DNA from: Puniceicoccales bacterium
Lineage (GTDB): Bacteria > Verrucomicrobiota > Verrucomicrobiia > Opitutales > JAIRKQ01
DNA: 64,000 nucleotides
Reading direction: 5' to 3'
Assembly: GCA_031267915.1 (NCBI GenBank)
Contig: JAIRYE010000006.1
Coordinates: 76,032 to 140,031, forward strand
Shown here piece by piece: positions 38,917 through 48,469 of this stretch (positions are counted from its first letter, which is position 1; each line of letters opens with the position of its first letter). The notes beneath the pieces are model-generated. The model did not search any database. It saw only the letters and a program-made list of their open reading frames with translations, and was not told the DNA's origin. The position numbers were made by a program, and so were the translations under genes.

Positions 38917-39362
38917 TTCATGCTTTCCAGGACCATTACTTTTTCCAGGCGCTTCGAGTGGCGCGGATCAAATTTTGTTTGCAGGAATACGTCGACGATG
39001 TCACTTGCATTTTTCGCATCCACAAAATCTGCTCCAAGGCAGAGCACATTGGCATTATTGTGCGATCTTGCAAGTTGTGCGATTTCCACATTCCAGCAAT
39101 TTACTGCGCGGATGCCATTTATTTTATTGGCAGCTAGGCACATGCCCGCTCCCGTTCTGCAGATTAAAATTCCAATTTCGCTTCTGGAGGAAATTACGTC
39201 ATTGCCAACGCACCTTGCATAGTCCGGGTAGTCAACTGGATTGTTTTTCGAAAAAGCTCCGTGATAGAAAATAGTACCGCAGGAGCTTTTTAATTCCTTT
39301 AGCAAATACATCGCTAAATTATAGCCACCGTGATCATTTCCAATGCTAAGCCTTACAGTCAT
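38895..39362 (-). CDS. rpiB: ribose-5-phosphate isomerase B
   Basis: It has IGNDHGGYNL..., GILICRTGAGMCLAANK and RHSKRLEK, the RpiB/LacAB family pattern with the catalytic Cys retained. Confidence 0.9.
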   Translation of the reverse strand: MTVRLSIGNDHGGYNLAMYLLKELKSSCGTIFYHGAFSKNNPVDYPDYARCVGNDVISSRSEIGILICRTGAGMCLAANKINGIRAVNCWNVEIAQLARSHNNANVLCLGADFVDAKNASDIVDVFLQTKFDPRHSKRLEKVMVLESMKCVPGKM

Positions 39363-39816
39363 TTACTAAAAATTTTACAATTGAGTCCATCGCAACCCTT
39401 ATGTCATCGCGGACGTGCTCGTAATCTTTGATAGTCCCCAAAAACGGATCGGCAATATCTTTGTTTTTATGATTCAAAAATTCTTTCACTAGAAAACATT
39501 TTTTTTCAATTCCTCTAAAATTTGCCAGCAGAAATTTTCTATGATTTTCCGTCAGGCAAAAAATTACATTCGCTCCGTCCAACAGCTTTTGGGTAACTTT
39601 TTGCGATCTGTGCTTGGCGATGTTCGAATCGAAATCGCGCATTACCTGTACGGCAAGGGTACTCGCCGGAGAGCAGCCATCGGTCGCTGTGCCAGCGGAA
39701 ATCACACTGAAGTTATCCGAAATTTTTGCCTCAAGCAGCGCGGATTTGAGCAAATATTCTGCCATGGGACTCCTGCAAGTATTCCCAGAGCATATAAATA
39801 TCACTTCTTTTTTCAT
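39346..39816 (-). CDS. low-molecular-weight protein tyrosine (or arginine) phosphatase
   Basis: It has the N-terminal P-loop VIFICSGNTCRSPMAE (CX5R-S) and the DIADPF Asp loop. The gene is next to rpiB, as in many bacteria (ywlE-ywlF type). Confidence 0.85.
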   Translation of the reverse strand: MKKEVIFICSGNTCRSPMAEYLLKSALLEAKISDNFSVISAGTATDGCSPASTLAVQVMRDFDSNIAKHRSQKVTQKLLDGANVIFCLTENHRKFLLANFRGIEKKCFLVKEFLNHKNKDIADPFLGTIKDYEHVRDDIRVAMDSIVKFLVNDCKA

Positions 39817-39949
39817 TGCGCCAAACCGTATATTTTTCCATTGGAAAAAATTTTAGCAAACATAAAATGCGATGCCGCCTTCTGTCGCCAATTGAAGTTA
39901 AATGATTTGAATGCAGCAGCTGAGCCAGCGGTTGCGCCATTCACCAACT

Positions 39950-39987
39950 TTGAGACAAAAACAACCGGCTGAGACATGCTCAGCCGG
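39950..39987 (-). terminator. rho-independent terminator after the NuoG-like gene
   Basis: On the minus strand the sequence is CCGGCTGAG-catgt-CTCAGCCGG (9-bp GC-rich stem) followed by TTGTTTTTGTCTC. Confidence 0.6.
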
Positions 39988-40071
39988 TCCTCCCTTAACT
40001 AAACCGCACTTCCTAACGGTCGTGATTATATATTTGCATATTATATCGATTTTTACAATAAAAAACGCATT

Positions 40072-41724
40072 TTAATGTTTTTTTAACTGAAATCCTTCGA
40101 AATCGACATTGAATAGGTCAATATTTTTTAATTGCATTAAATTTCTTGACATTGAGCGCCAAACATCATCGAGCCACAGTAGTCCTTTCGAATTTGAGTC
40201 GGAATAAATATTTAGTAGCAGAGAAAAAATATACCACATGGGGAAAATGTTTTTGCCGGGAGGATTTACTGCCCTGTAAAATTTTTGCAATCGCCAACTG
40301 TCATTGACAAGGGTGCCGGTGGATTCAAAAACGGTTGCCGTTGGGATGATGGTTGCTGCGCGTTTGGAAGTTTCATTTTCCTGTGTTCCCATGTAAAATA
40401 TTTTCACGCTATCGGATATTTCGCGGGATATTCCCAGCGAAAAAATATCTTCGCCGAGCGATAGAATTTGATCACATTGCCCGGATTTGATTTTTCGATT
40501 TAGAGAGTTCAAATTATCAATGGCATTTATTTCGGAAGTGAGCCCATTTAGGATTGCGCCGTTGAAATTTGGGGTGGCGTCCGACGATATGAGAAAATTA
40601 TCTGCAGTTCTGGTTTTTCTGAGAAAGCATATGTCGCACACCACCATGTCCAGCCACCTGCGCAAAACGAACTGATCTTCCAGTGACATTTTACCTGAGC
40701 AGACGACAAACAATTTGTGTCCACGAATGGACTCTACAATTCGGGAGATGGCGATTTTTATGTGTGATGGCCTACCGTTTTGCATTGTTTTTGTTAGCCT
40801 TTTTCCTTCGCAGAAGTCCATGTGTTCATTTCTTGCTGAATTTGGAATCCAGTCATCATTCACATATTTATTTGTCCGTGGGATTATTCGGAAAATTTTG
40901 TTGCCGCCGTGGAGGACATAGGTATTTACTCCGACACTACTTTCCGTCGAAATGCTAGGCGTACGCATCAGTTCCCATTCCATTGGTTGATAGGTGCAGC
41001 TTTTGTCAATGAATGCACCCGCTGGGCACAGATCAACGAGGTTTAGAGAGTAGTTATTGTCCAGTGTTTTCCCGGGGTAGAGAGTCACTTCCTTGTAGCC
41101 CTGGTCATTGGGGAGAAATCCGATGAATTCCTCACCGAGAACATCTCTGCAGAATCTTACGCATCTCTGGCATCCAATGCATTTCATTCTATCAAATGCG
41201 ATGTGCACCCCAAAGTCCTCATATCCCAGGTTTAAGTTTCGCTTTTTGGCTATTCGTGTGAAACTGCCAATTCCAAGAGCCACAGCAAATTTGTGCAAAA
41301 AGCAGGATCCTATTTTATTGCATATGGAACAATCAAATGGGTGTTTCATCAAATACAGTGTGAGCAATTCATTCCGTTTGGCTACCGCTTCGGGAAATTT
41401 TGTGTCCACTTCCATGCCATCACTTGCAGTGGCAGTGCACGCAAAGACCGTTGAAAATTTATTGCCTGATTTTCGCCGTGCTCCAATTAGGCATAGGCCG
41501 CAGTGGCCAGTCGCCGTCAGAAATTTACTGTAGCAGGGAGATGGGAAAAATTTTTCATGCCTTCTGATTACATCCACAAGTTTTTCTCCCTTTTCTGCTT
41601 CGACATTTTTGCCGTTGAGAATTACATTTATTCCTTTGCCATCCATTTGCTCTCGAATGGAGTCTATTTCCGTCGACGATTTTCTCAATACAATTTTGCG
41701 GATGCCATGCCTAGAGTTTTCCAA
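40072..41724 (-). CDS. NuoG / Nqo3-like Fe-S protein (NADH dehydrogenase 75-kDa-subunit homologue), stand-alone
   Basis: It has an N-terminal 2Fe-2S ferredoxin-like Cys pattern (C..GHCGLC..C), then HPFDCSICNKIGSC (HxxxCxxCxxxxxC), then CIGCQRCVRFC ... DLCPAGAF. The rest resembles a molybdopterin-oxidoreductase-like domain. No other nuo genes are nearby. Confidence 0.65.
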   Translation of the reverse strand: MENSRHGIRKIVLRKSSTEIDSIREQMDGKGINVILNGKNVEAEKGEKLVDVIRRHEKFFPSPCYSKFLTATGHCGLCLIGARRKSGNKFSTVFACTATASDGMEVDTKFPEAVAKRNELLTLYLMKHPFDCSICNKIGSCFLHKFAVALGIGSFTRIAKKRNLNLGYEDFGVHIAFDRMKCIGCQRCVRFCRDVLGEEFIGFLPNDQGYKEVTLYPGKTLDNNYSLNLVDLCPAGAFIDKSCTYQPMEWELMRTPSISTESSVGVNTYVLHGGNKIFRIIPRTNKYVNDDWIPNSARNEHMDFCEGKRLTKTMQNGRPSHIKIAISRIVESIRGHKLFVVCSGKMSLEDQFVLRRWLDMVVCDICFLRKTRTADNFLISSDATPNFNGAILNGLTSEINAIDNLNSLNRKIKSGQCDQILSLGEDIFSLGISREISDSVKIFYMGTQENETSKRAATIIPTATVFESTGTLVNDSWRLQKFYRAVNPPGKNIFPMWYIFSLLLNIYSDSNSKGLLWLDDVWRSMSRNLMQLKNIDLFNVDFEGFQLKKH

Positions 41725-41821
41725 CTAATGCCGCTTGAAAAGATGGAGAGGATGTGGCGAATTTTCGGGGAATTGTAAAATTTCCACCGGCGGAATGGGC
41801 AGTAATTTTTCCGAAGCATCT

Positions 41822-43687
41822 TCAATGAAAATACTCAGCAAGAATTTTCTTTGCTATTGGAGCAGCATTTTTCCCTCCCCAGAAGGAATCGTTTGTATTT
41901 TTTTCCTGCACTACGACAGTTACGGCAATTTCAGGGTCATCGGCGGGGGCAAAGCAAGTAAACCATGCCAAATTTCTTTTTTGACCGTGTTCAAAAAATT
42001 GAGCTGTTCCGGTTTTGCCGGCAATTTTTAAGCCGTCCAGTTTTGCCCTTCGTCCAGTTCCAGTTTTAGCGTCAACCACTTCAAACATGGAGGTTACAAG
42101 AAAGTTGTAGTCAGAGTCGCTCAGCCCCAGATTTGGTTCGTTGGGAAGGAGTCCTTTGTTTCCGTTGAAAAAGATCGTTGGTTTTGTGCGCAGTCGATTC
42201 GTTGCAATGGAGGCGGTGAAGCAGCATACTTCCAGTGGAGTGGCGAGGAGATAGCCCTGCCCTATGGATAAATTTATCGTGTCTCCGAGTACCCAATTCC
42301 CAAAGCCGCGGGATTTTTTCCACTCCTCCGTCGGGACGAAACCAGCCCCCTCATAGGGCAATTCGATGCCGGTTTTTTCAGCGAATCCCAGATTAACTGC
42401 CTCCAGTATTATTCTATTTTTTTTCACCTTCTTTGCATTTTCATAGAAAAATGTATTGCAGCTTCTTGCGATTGCCTCTCCAAATGTTATCGTCATCCCC
42501 GCCTGGTGATTGCGGCAGTGGAATTTTCTCTCCCCAATTTCCGTTACTCCGCTGCAGAAAACGGAGTCCGTTTGCAGGACCTCTCCGGATTTCAGGAACG
42601 CCATTGCCGAAACCAATTTAAACACAGATCCCAGCGGGAATTTTCCCTGCATCGCAAGATTTGCCCAGCCCTGCTGAGCCGTTATTTCATCGTATACGCT
42701 GTGAAAAATTTTTGGCGTGAGTAAATTTATATTGTAGCTGGGCTTGTTGGCCATGGCTAAAATTTCTCCGGTTCGCACACTCATCACAATTGCACAGCCT
42801 CTGTTATCTTCGATCGCATGTTCAGCGGCGCTTTGCAAGTTTTTGTCAATGCTGAGCATTACGGAACTTCCGTGCTTTGGCTCTTCAGACTTTAGCAGCT
42901 CTCTATTGCGCCCCATTGTGTCGACCTGCCACAGTTTATAGCCCGGAACTCCGTGAAGAATGTCATCTTTCGCCAATTCGATCCCCGCTTTTCCAACCTG
43001 TCTCTTAATGGCGAACGTTCTCACCTTTTCCGGAAAAATCTGAGTATCATGGCTATTTTCATCCAGCACCGTGTAGCCGATGACATGGCACGCCAAAGAA
43101 TCGTGGGGATAGTGTCTAACCTCATCCACTGCTAATTGCAGCGGGGAATTTCTCGGGAGAATGTAGATAAGTTTTTCGTAGTCCTCCTGGGAAATATCAT
43201 CGGCAAGTACCATTGGCAGCAGAAATTTTTGATTCAGGTGCTTTTCAATTTCTTTTCCGGAAATTTCGTAGCTTGATCCAATTGCCGCGTTGACGGTGCT
43301 CAGATACTTTTGGACAATGTTTTCTCTGACGCTGCGGCGAAGCTCTTCGGGATTAAAACTAACTCCTCGCTCATTTAGATCATTCACGTTGCGCAAATAT
43401 TCCCTTTGAAATTCGCTTTGCAATTCATCCAAATGCAAATTCAGGGAGAAGAGTTTTCTGTGCCCAGCCAGCAAAATTCCATTCCTGTCGTAAATGTTTC
43501 CGCGTGTTCCGGGAAGAATTATTCTGCGCAAATTTTGCTGAGTTTCCTTCTGCTGAAAGAATTTGTACTGGACGATTTGACGGTAGAAAATTCCGCCAAT
43601 GAGATAGCAGAATATAATCACCGCTGCCATGTAAAATTTTACAATGCGGCCATTCCTCAGCCTATGAAAGTATGTAATCTCACGCAT
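41822..43687 (-). CDS. mrdA: penicillin-binding protein 2 (class B transpeptidase)
   Basis: It has an N-terminal TM anchor, a dimerisation domain, and the transpeptidase motifs GSVFK (SxxK), SCN (SxN) and KTGTA. Confidence 0.85.
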   Translation of the reverse strand: MREITYFHRLRNGRIVKFYMAAVIIFCYLIGGIFYRQIVQYKFFQQKETQQNLRRIILPGTRGNIYDRNGILLAGHRKLFSLNLHLDELQSEFQREYLRNVNDLNERGVSFNPEELRRSVRENIVQKYLSTVNAAIGSSYEISGKEIEKHLNQKFLLPMVLADDISQEDYEKLIYILPRNSPLQLAVDEVRHYPHDSLACHVIGYTVLDENSHDTQIFPEKVRTFAIKRQVGKAGIELAKDDILHGVPGYKLWQVDTMGRNRELLKSEEPKHGSSVMLSIDKNLQSAAEHAIEDNRGCAIVMSVRTGEILAMANKPSYNINLLTPKIFHSVYDEITAQQGWANLAMQGKFPLGSVFKLVSAMAFLKSGEVLQTDSVFCSGVTEIGERKFHCRNHQAGMTITFGEAIARSCNTFFYENAKKVKKNRIILEAVNLGFAEKTGIELPYEGAGFVPTEEWKKSRGFGNWVLGDTINLSIGQGYLLATPLEVCCFTASIATNRLRTKPTIFFNGNKGLLPNEPNLGLSDSDYNFLVTSMFEVVDAKTGTGRRAKLDGLKIAGKTGTAQFFEHGQKRNLAWFTCFAPADDPEIAVTVVVQEKNTNDSFWGGKNAAPIAKKILAEYFH

Positions 43688-43698
43688 GCCTTCTAATT

Positions 43699-45039
43699 CT
43701 AAAATTCGGAAAGAAACAACCTAAAGAATTTTCTTCCTTTTTCCAGCATAGAAATTGCAATATTTTCATTGGGTGCGTGTATGTTGTCTTCGCTTGTGGA
43801 CAGTCCAATCAGCAGCGAATCAATCCCTAAAACTTCTTTAAGCGTTGAAACAAGTCCGATGGACCCTCCTTCTCTCAGATAGAGCGGGGGATTTCCGAAG
43901 ACCTTTTCCACTGCAGGGTTGACGATGTCAATCGCTTTGGCAAGTATAGCATTTTTATTGCTTCGAATGTCGAATAGGTATGGGTTTGAAGCCTGGGCAA
44001 ACTTCATTGACAGAGACATTTCCCTGGGGCAAAGTTGAATCAGGGTTTTTTTCAGTAAATTTTGAATTTTCTTTGCGCTCTGGTTGCACACCAGCCGGCA
44101 GGTGATTTTCACGGACGCACAGTGTGGAATTATAGTTTTTATTCCTTCTCCCTGGAACCCGCCTGCTATGCCGTTAAATTCCAGAGTTGGAAAAAATCGC
44201 ATGGTCTCTGCGGCGGAAAATTTCGAATCCGGCATTTTGAAATATTTAATCCCCAACTCTCTTTTCATTTGATCTTCCGAAATTGGCAAATGTCGCATAT
44301 TTTCCCGTTCCCAATCCTGAGGCATGACAACGTCGTCATAGAATCCTGGAATATTTACAAATCCTTCTCTGCTGTGCAGTGACGAACAGATGTCGACCAG
44401 TGCTTGAATTGGATTCAAAATACATCCTCCATAACCGGAGTGCAAATCCCGATCCGATCCCCGGAGCTCTACTTCACAGCTAATTATGCCACGCAGCGCC
44501 GTTGTAATGACAATGTTTTGTTCACTCAATGCCCAGGTGTCTGCCACAAGCGCGAAGTCTGCGTCAAGCTCATCCTTCATTTCCCTTAAAAATCGTTCCA
44601 TGCCGCAGCTGCCAATTTCCTCTTCCCCTTCGACGATGAATTTCAAATTTACTGGCAAATCTTTCCCTTCACTGATAATGTCATGAACGGCAGCCAGAAT
44701 TGTTGCATATGGACCCTTGTTGTCCGACACTCCTCTGCCATACAGGTGGCAATTCCTTTCCGTCAGGGTGAACGGATCGCTTGCCCATAGGTCGACTTCA
44801 TCCGCAGGCTGCACGTCGTAGTGGCCGTAGACAAGTATAGTTGGACGTCCGGCTACCTGTTTGGTTTTTGCAAAGACAACGGCATGGGTTCCGATGTTTA
44901 TTTCCCTGGCGTCGATGGACAGCTCGTTGAAAAATTTTATCAAATGCCTGCGTGCAGCAGCCATTCCGCTTTCAAGTGTGCTGTCCGACGATACGCTTTT
45001 GCATGCGACGTAATCTGCTAAAAAATTCTTCAGATCCAT
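43699..45039 (-). CDS. M20-family metallopeptidase (dipeptidase / ArgE-DapE-like)
   Basis: It has the M20 metal-binding motifs HYDVQPA, GRGVSDNKG and EGEEEIGS. Length is 446 aa. Confidence 0.8.
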   Translation of the reverse strand: MDLKNFLADYVACKSVSSDSTLESGMAAARRHLIKFFNELSIDAREINIGTHAVVFAKTKQVAGRPTILVYGHYDVQPADEVDLWASDPFTLTERNCHLYGRGVSDNKGPYATILAAVHDIISEGKDLPVNLKFIVEGEEEIGSCGMERFLREMKDELDADFALVADTWALSEQNIVITTALRGIISCEVELRGSDRDLHSGYGGCILNPIQALVDICSSLHSREGFVNIPGFYDDVVMPQDWERENMRHLPISEDQMKRELGIKYFKMPDSKFSAAETMRFFPTLEFNGIAGGFQGEGIKTIIPHCASVKITCRLVCNQSAKKIQNLLKKTLIQLCPREMSLSMKFAQASNPYLFDIRSNKNAILAKAIDIVNPAVEKVFGNPPLYLREGGSIGLVSTLKEVLGIDSLLIGLSTSEDNIHAPNENIAISMLEKGRKFFRLFLSEF

Positions 45040-45067
45040 TTTATGCTGGGAGGTAAAAATTTTACGT

Positions 45068-45628
45068 CTAAACTTTTATTAAATCGGAGCTTTTCAGGTG
45101 CAGGCTTTCATCGATTTCTTTTATGGCCGCATCGGTAAGTGTTTGAATTTCCTTTTCCAAGCGTTTTAAATCGTCTTCGCCGATAACTCCGTCCTTTTTT
45201 GCTTTTTTGAAAAGCTCGATCGTATCCCGGCGAATCACGCGAACCTTTATTCTGCCATCCTCCGCCATTCCATTTGCAACCTTGCTCAGTTCCTGCCTGC
45301 GTTCACCACTCATTTCCGGCATGACGCAGCGCACAATCATACCGCTTACGATGGGAGTAACTCCCAAATTCGCTGCGAGGATCGCCTTCTCCACGGCCTT
45401 AACGCTCTCCTTGTCCCAGGGTTGAATTTGTATTGTCTTCACGTCCGGTGTTGTTATTGCTGCAATTTCACGCAGTTTCGAAATTGATCCGTAGACCTCC
45501 ACCGATAAATTTTCCACCATGCCCGGGGATGCTTTGCCTGTGTGCAGGGTGTTAAATTCCGTCAAAGTATGTTTCACGGCATTTTCCATTGCCGTTTTTG
45601 TTTTTTTAATTTCTGCGTTCGTGTCCAT
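45068..45628 (-). CDS. frr: ribosome recycling factor
   Basis: 186 aa with the RRF pattern ...LHTGKASPGMVENL.V..YG...L...A.I... It lies downstream of pyrH. Confidence 0.95.
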   Translation of the reverse strand: MDTNAEIKKTKTAMENAVKHTLTEFNTLHTGKASPGMVENLSVEVYGSISKLREIAAITTPDVKTIQIQPWDKESVKAVEKAILAANLGVTPIVSGMIVRCVMPEMSGERRQELSKVANGMAEDGRIKVRVIRRDTIELFKKAKKDGVIGEDDLKRLEKEIQTLTDAAIKEIDESLHLKSSDLIKV

Positions 45629-45649
45629 ATTTGAAAAATTTAAATGATT

Positions 45650-46375
45650 TTAGTCGCTGAAAATTGTCGTCCCAACGGCCTCTCCTCGCAGCGCCCGGCC
45701 GATATTCTTCCAATTTTCCTCACCGCTTACGATTACCAGGGGAATATTGTTGTCCATGCACAGTGAAAACGCTGTGGAGTCCATGACAGCCAGCCGCTGA
45801 GCCAAAACCTCCCGGAAGAAAATTCTGTCAAATTTTTTTGCGTCGCTGTATTTCTGAGGATCTCTGTCATAGACGCCATCAACTTTCGTAACTTTTACTA
45901 CGACATCGGCATTCAACTCGCTGGCTCTCAGAGCCGCAGCACTGTCCGTGGAAAAAAATGCCCGCCCTGTCCCTCCTGCGAGCAGCAGCACTTTTCCAGC
46001 TGCAATGTCCCGCTGCGCATGTCTGGGATAATATGTTTCGCAGATGTCAGGCATTGGCATTGATGAAAAAACAGTTGCCGCAACGCCAAGTTTGGCTAAT
46101 CCATCTGCGACTAGCATGGAATTTATTGTGGTCGCAAGCATTCCCACATAATCTGCAGAAACGCGATCACACTTGAACATTTCATTGGCCGTGGCTCCCC
46201 GGAAAATATTTCCACCACCCACGACTATACCCAGCTCGAATCCTCCGCCGTGGAGATCTCTTATCGCCTCGCAGAACACACGAACGGCCCCGATTGCGAT
46301 AGCTTCCCCGCCGAATTTATCTTTCAGCATCTCTCCGCTGATTTTTAAAATTGCCCGTTTATACCCTGTGCTCAA
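45650..46375 (-). CDS. pyrH: UMP kinase
   Basis: It has ILKISGE..., VVGGGNIFRG, and a TKVDGVYDRDP-type motif. Confidence 0.95.
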   Translation of the reverse strand: MSTGYKRAILKISGEMLKDKFGGEAIAIGAVRVFCEAIRDLHGGGFELGIVVGGGNIFRGATANEMFKCDRVSADYVGMLATTINSMLVADGLAKLGVAATVFSSMPMPDICETYYPRHAQRDIAAGKVLLLAGGTGRAFFSTDSAAALRASELNADVVVKVTKVDGVYDRDPQKYSDAKKFDRIFFREVLAQRLAVMDSTAFSLCMDNNIPLVIVSGEENWKNIGRALRGEAVGTTIFSD

Positions 46376-46475
46376 ATCATCTTTCCACGTGGCTTTCTAG
46401 TAAAATCTTTTGGCCAGTCAATAAAACTTAGAGCCGCCGGTGAAAATTGAAGATGTTTGTTTCCGACAGGTAAAG

Positions 46476-47873
46476 CTACATGGTAATATTATCGGAAAGT
46501 ATGCTGGGCAATGGCAATTGTTCGAGAGCTCCCATCTTCTCTAGAAGATCAATCAACTCTGAGGGCAATATGGTAGTCAAGTCTTTTATGTTCCCAAATG
46601 GCATGTTAAATATGGGAACATCTTCGAAAAGCTCGGGATATTGTTTTGAAATTTTATCTTCAATTTTTATTTGTTCGGATCGTTTGAAAGCTTTGAGTGC
46701 AGCAGAATTAAAGTTTTTAGGTTTAAATTCTTTTTCCCACTCGGATAAGCGTTCACTAATTACCGCGTCCAGTATCATTTCTTTCAAATTTTTATCAAGT
46801 TCTTTCAGGGTTTCAACTATGATCATTGCGGCAAAACCCGAACATGTGGTGTGAATTTCATCTCCTTCATGATAATTTGACAGCGGGGTAATTCTATGAG
46901 AATCATCCTGCACATATTTTGAAAAGAATGCGGTAGTTTTTCGCAAAATAGAATAAAAAAAAGCTCTAATTAGAGTTGGTGTTGGTGCATTTATGTGATA
47001 TTCTTTTGCCGTTTTTAATTTTTTCGACATGATCTCCCGAAATTTTTCCTGTACATTTGTAATTTTCAACATTTGAGCGTACTGTGTTTTGAGTAATTTC
47101 ATTGGATATATGGCATACCTGTCCCCTGTGAGTAGATTCATTGTGCGTAATGAGTCTTGTGTCTGAATTTTTTCACCCTTGGATTTGTTTGTTGCTCCGT
47201 ATAGCTTCTGGGAGGTATTACTGTCAGCGACTTTAGTCTCAATTATTCTTACATGCCCATTTTTTACATATCGCTCTGGCTTTAGCGGTAAGAATCTTAT
47301 GCCGAATGCAATAGTGACTTTATCATTATCTTGTACCAAAATATCTCCGGGGTCTTCCTGGGGATCTTTCAAAGCTCGTTGATATTTTTGTTCGAATTTT
47401 TGTAACAAAGATTTGTTCTTTACAGCCAACTGCAGAAAGGCAGATTTTTCAGTAAGAGCGTCAACGATGTGAGCATCTATCCCTGAAAGCAAAAAGGAAA
47501 ATTTTTCCAGATTGCAAAATTCCCTAGATGTAAGCTTGTGCTGCTTATCAACTTTTGCTCCTCCGTCAATCGCATAAACTATTTGTTCTAATTTTGAAAC
47601 AGATTTTTCCAGTTCGCTCTTGGAAGCAATGTGTGAAAATGCCCACATAAAATCGGTAAAATCTCCTGATCCTTTACATATTGTTTCCGCATATCGCATT
47701 GATATTTTTCTATGTGCGAAACACGCGTCTAAGGCAGCGCCAATATTTCCAGAGAGCTCGCTGTTTATCACTAGCTTGTTGTCGACCACCAGCTTGGTGT
47801 TTGATTTTTGAACTCCATTAAAATATTCTTTCAACAATCTAAGGCTTTGGCCAACATCAGCTTTAATACTCAC
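46476..47873 (-). CDS. hypothetical protein (orphan, AT-rich)
   Basis: 465-aa uninterrupted ORF with no signal peptide. I recognise no family. It occupies the position upstream of pyrH where tsf often lies. Confidence 0.5.
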   Translation of the reverse strand: MSIKADVGQSLRLLKEYFNGVQKSNTKLVVDNKLVINSELSGNIGAALDACFAHRKISMRYAETICKGSGDFTDFMWAFSHIASKSELEKSVSKLEQIVYAIDGGAKVDKQHKLTSREFCNLEKFSFLLSGIDAHIVDALTEKSAFLQLAVKNKSLLQKFEQKYQRALKDPQEDPGDILVQDNDKVTIAFGIRFLPLKPERYVKNGHVRIIETKVADSNTSQKLYGATNKSKGEKIQTQDSLRTMNLLTGDRYAIYPMKLLKTQYAQMLKITNVQEKFREIMSKKLKTAKEYHINAPTPTLIRAFFYSILRKTTAFFSKYVQDDSHRITPLSNYHEGDEIHTTCSGFAAMIIVETLKELDKNLKEMILDAVISERLSEWEKEFKPKNFNSAALKAFKRSEQIKIEDKISKQYPELFEDVPIFNMPFGNIKDLTTILPSELIDLLEKMGALEQLPLPSILSDNITM

Positions 47874-48010
47874 GATGCCCAGTGTATCTGTTTTTATATT
47901 TTTTGAAAGCTTTTTTCTCAGAAGATTTCAGGTTCAGAAAAAAATTTTTTCAATTGCGTTTGCGCGACGCATCATTTCCATTGCGTAGAAATATACGACA
48001 GGGGAATGTT

Positions 48011-48466
48011 TTGGATTTACACGAAATAGAGCAGTTGGCAAATTTGTTGAAAAGTGCCGGGTTGCAGGAGCTGGAAATTGAGCGTAAAAATATGCGGGTG
48101 AAGATCGTTAACCGACAGGAATCGCCACACGTAAAGTGCGAAGCTCCGGCTTCTCCGCACCAACTGCACACGATCATACGCGAAGATAAAATGTCACATA
48201 TCATAAACCTGGAGGATGATTCAAATTACTGCGTGGTAAGAGCTCCGATAGTGGGAACTTTTTACAGCGCTCCCTCTCCGGAATCCCCTGATTTTGTCTC
48301 AAAAAACACTCCCGTGGACGTTAATTCCGTGGTTTGCGTAATAGAAGCAATGAAGGTTATGAATGAGATACAGGCTGAGGTGAAGGGCATAGTTGCCGAT
48401 GTTCTCGTGCAGGATGGACAGGCCGTCGAATTTGGACAACCGCTGTTCAAAATCAAAAAATCCTAG
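48011..48466 (+). CDS. accB: acetyl-CoA carboxylase biotin carboxyl carrier protein
   Basis: It has the biotinylation motif EAMKVMNEI. The N-terminus DLHEIEQLANLLKSAGLQELEI matches AccB starts. I propose the in-frame TTG at 48011 as the start, because the track start at 47882 would leave only 8 bp to the divergent gene. Confidence 0.8.
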   Translation: MDLHEIEQLANLLKSAGLQELEIERKNMRVKIVNRQESPHVKCEAPASPHQLHTIIREDKMSHIINLEDDSNYCVVRAPIVGTFYSAPSPESPDFVSKNTPVDVNSVVCVIEAMKVMNEIQAEVKGIVADVLVQDGQAVEFGQPLFKIKKS

Positions 48467-48469
48467 CTT

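Noticed and set aside
38408-39274. 288-aa plus-strand ORF spanning the GH77-like and rpiB genes
   Set aside because: It is antisense to two recognisable genes, crosses their boundary, and has low-complexity composition. It is a shadow ORF.
47882-48010. GTG start at 47882 for accB and the 27468 start for rpsO, as given by the ORF track
   Set aside because: The upstream extensions have no homology to AccB or S15. The accB extension would leave only 8 bp to the divergent gene. Internal starts (TTG 48011, ATG 27609) reproduce the canonical N-termini.
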